From: Squalus acanthias
Taxonomy: Eukaryota
Length of the DNA: 64,000 bases
Direction: 5' to 3'
NCBI GenBank assembly: GCA_030390025.1
Contig: CM059433.1
Coordinates: 15,440,001-15,504,000, forward strand
Position numbers and translations under genes: made by a program. The number at the start of each line of letters is the position of its first letter. Position 1 is the first letter of the stretch. This document shows positions 63,059 through 64,000 of this stretch, one piece after another. The notes under the pieces were generated by a model. It was not told the DNA's origin. It ran no database searches and saw only the letters and a list, made by a program, of their open reading frames with translations.

Positions 63059-64000
63059 GAAGGCCTGAGCTTCATCCCCTTACGCCCCCATCTCAATGAA
63101 TTTTGAGCTCGGCCCACTTCTTTGGCCAGGTGTCTTCCCCCCACACAGCTGACCCTTTCTCCCGGTTTTAGAATTCTCGTTCTACCTGGACCCCTCCCTC
63201 TGGCCTCATAACCTTTCTAGATCTTTTCATTGCAAGCTGCCAGTGTGACATCGGCCGTCTCAATTTCTCTGCTCCCCTCACTCGCTCCAACCTACCTCCC
63301 TCTTAACTTGCAGCACTCCATTCTTTCCGATCCAACCCCAACATTGTCATTAAACCTGCTGACAAGGGTGGTGCTGTTGTTGTTTGGCGAACTGACCTCT
63401 ACCTAGCGGAGGCTGAATGGCAACTCTCCGATACCTCCTACCTCCGCCTGGACCATGACCCCACTACCGAGCATCAAGCCACCGTTTCCCAGACCGACAC
63501 TGACCTCATCTCCTCTGGAGATCTTCCCTCCACGGCCGCCAATCTCCTAGTTCGTCAACCCCACACAGCCTGCTTCTACCTCCTTCCCAAGATCCGCAAA
63601 CAGGACTGCCCTCGTAGACCCATCGTTTCAGCCTGTTCTTGCCCCACGGAACTTATCTCTTCCTATCTCGACTTTTTTTCTCCCCTTGTCCAGTCTTTTC
63701 CCACCTACATCCGCGACTCTTCCGACGCCTTCCGCCACTTTAACAGTTTCCTGTTTCCTGGCCCCAACCATCTCTTTTCACTGGACGTCCAATCCCTCTA
63801 CACCTCCATCCCCCACCAGGATGGCCTGAGGGCGCTCCGCTTCTTCCTTGAACAGAGGCCAAACCAGTCCCCATCCACCACCCTCCTCCGCCTGGCTGAA
63901 CTTGTTCACACATTGAACAACTTCTCCTTTGACTGCACTCCCTTCCTCCAAATTAAAGGTGTTGCTATGGGAACCCGCATGGGTCGCAGTTATGCCTGCC
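63059..64000 (+). mobile_element. Penelope-like RT fragment (degenerate), inverted relative to the GIY-YIG part; runs off the window
   Basis: IVIKPADKGGAVVVW, FYLLPKI, RPIVS, LDVQSLYTSIPH, KGVAMGTRMG on the plus strand. Confidence 0.85.

Overview
Eukaryotic, repeat-dominated window. The mix of CR1 LINEs, Deu-domain tRNA-SINEs, Penelope fragments and many PIF/Harbinger elements looks like a cartilaginous-fish (shark-like) genome; this is an inference. The main object is an apparently very young 9.24-kb endogenous retrovirus-like provirus on the minus strand (5118-14356). It has two apparently identical 1596-bp LTRs, a 4-bp GGCT target-site duplication, a tRNA-Ser-like PBS and a PPT. It carries an intact gag and an intact env: a class-I fusion protein resembling paramyxo/pneumovirus F, as described for lokiretroviruses, with an N-terminal Ig-like domain. 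It has no pol. Instead gag ends in a CAA-UGA-CUAG readthrough context that continues in frame into an unknown coiled-coil/low-complexity ORF. A diverged solo LTR of a related family lies about 0.5 kb away (2837-4613) and exposes conserved cis-elements: E2F-type sites, TATA, splice donor, poly(A) signal and a covarying U5 hairpin complementary to the tRNA T-arm. The window also holds a near-intact Harbinger transposon (44196-48451) nested in CR1 in an L2-like host, decayed relatives and MITEs, an inverted Penelope element, and a CpG-island promoter with a candidate first exon of an unidentified host gene near 61.2 kb.
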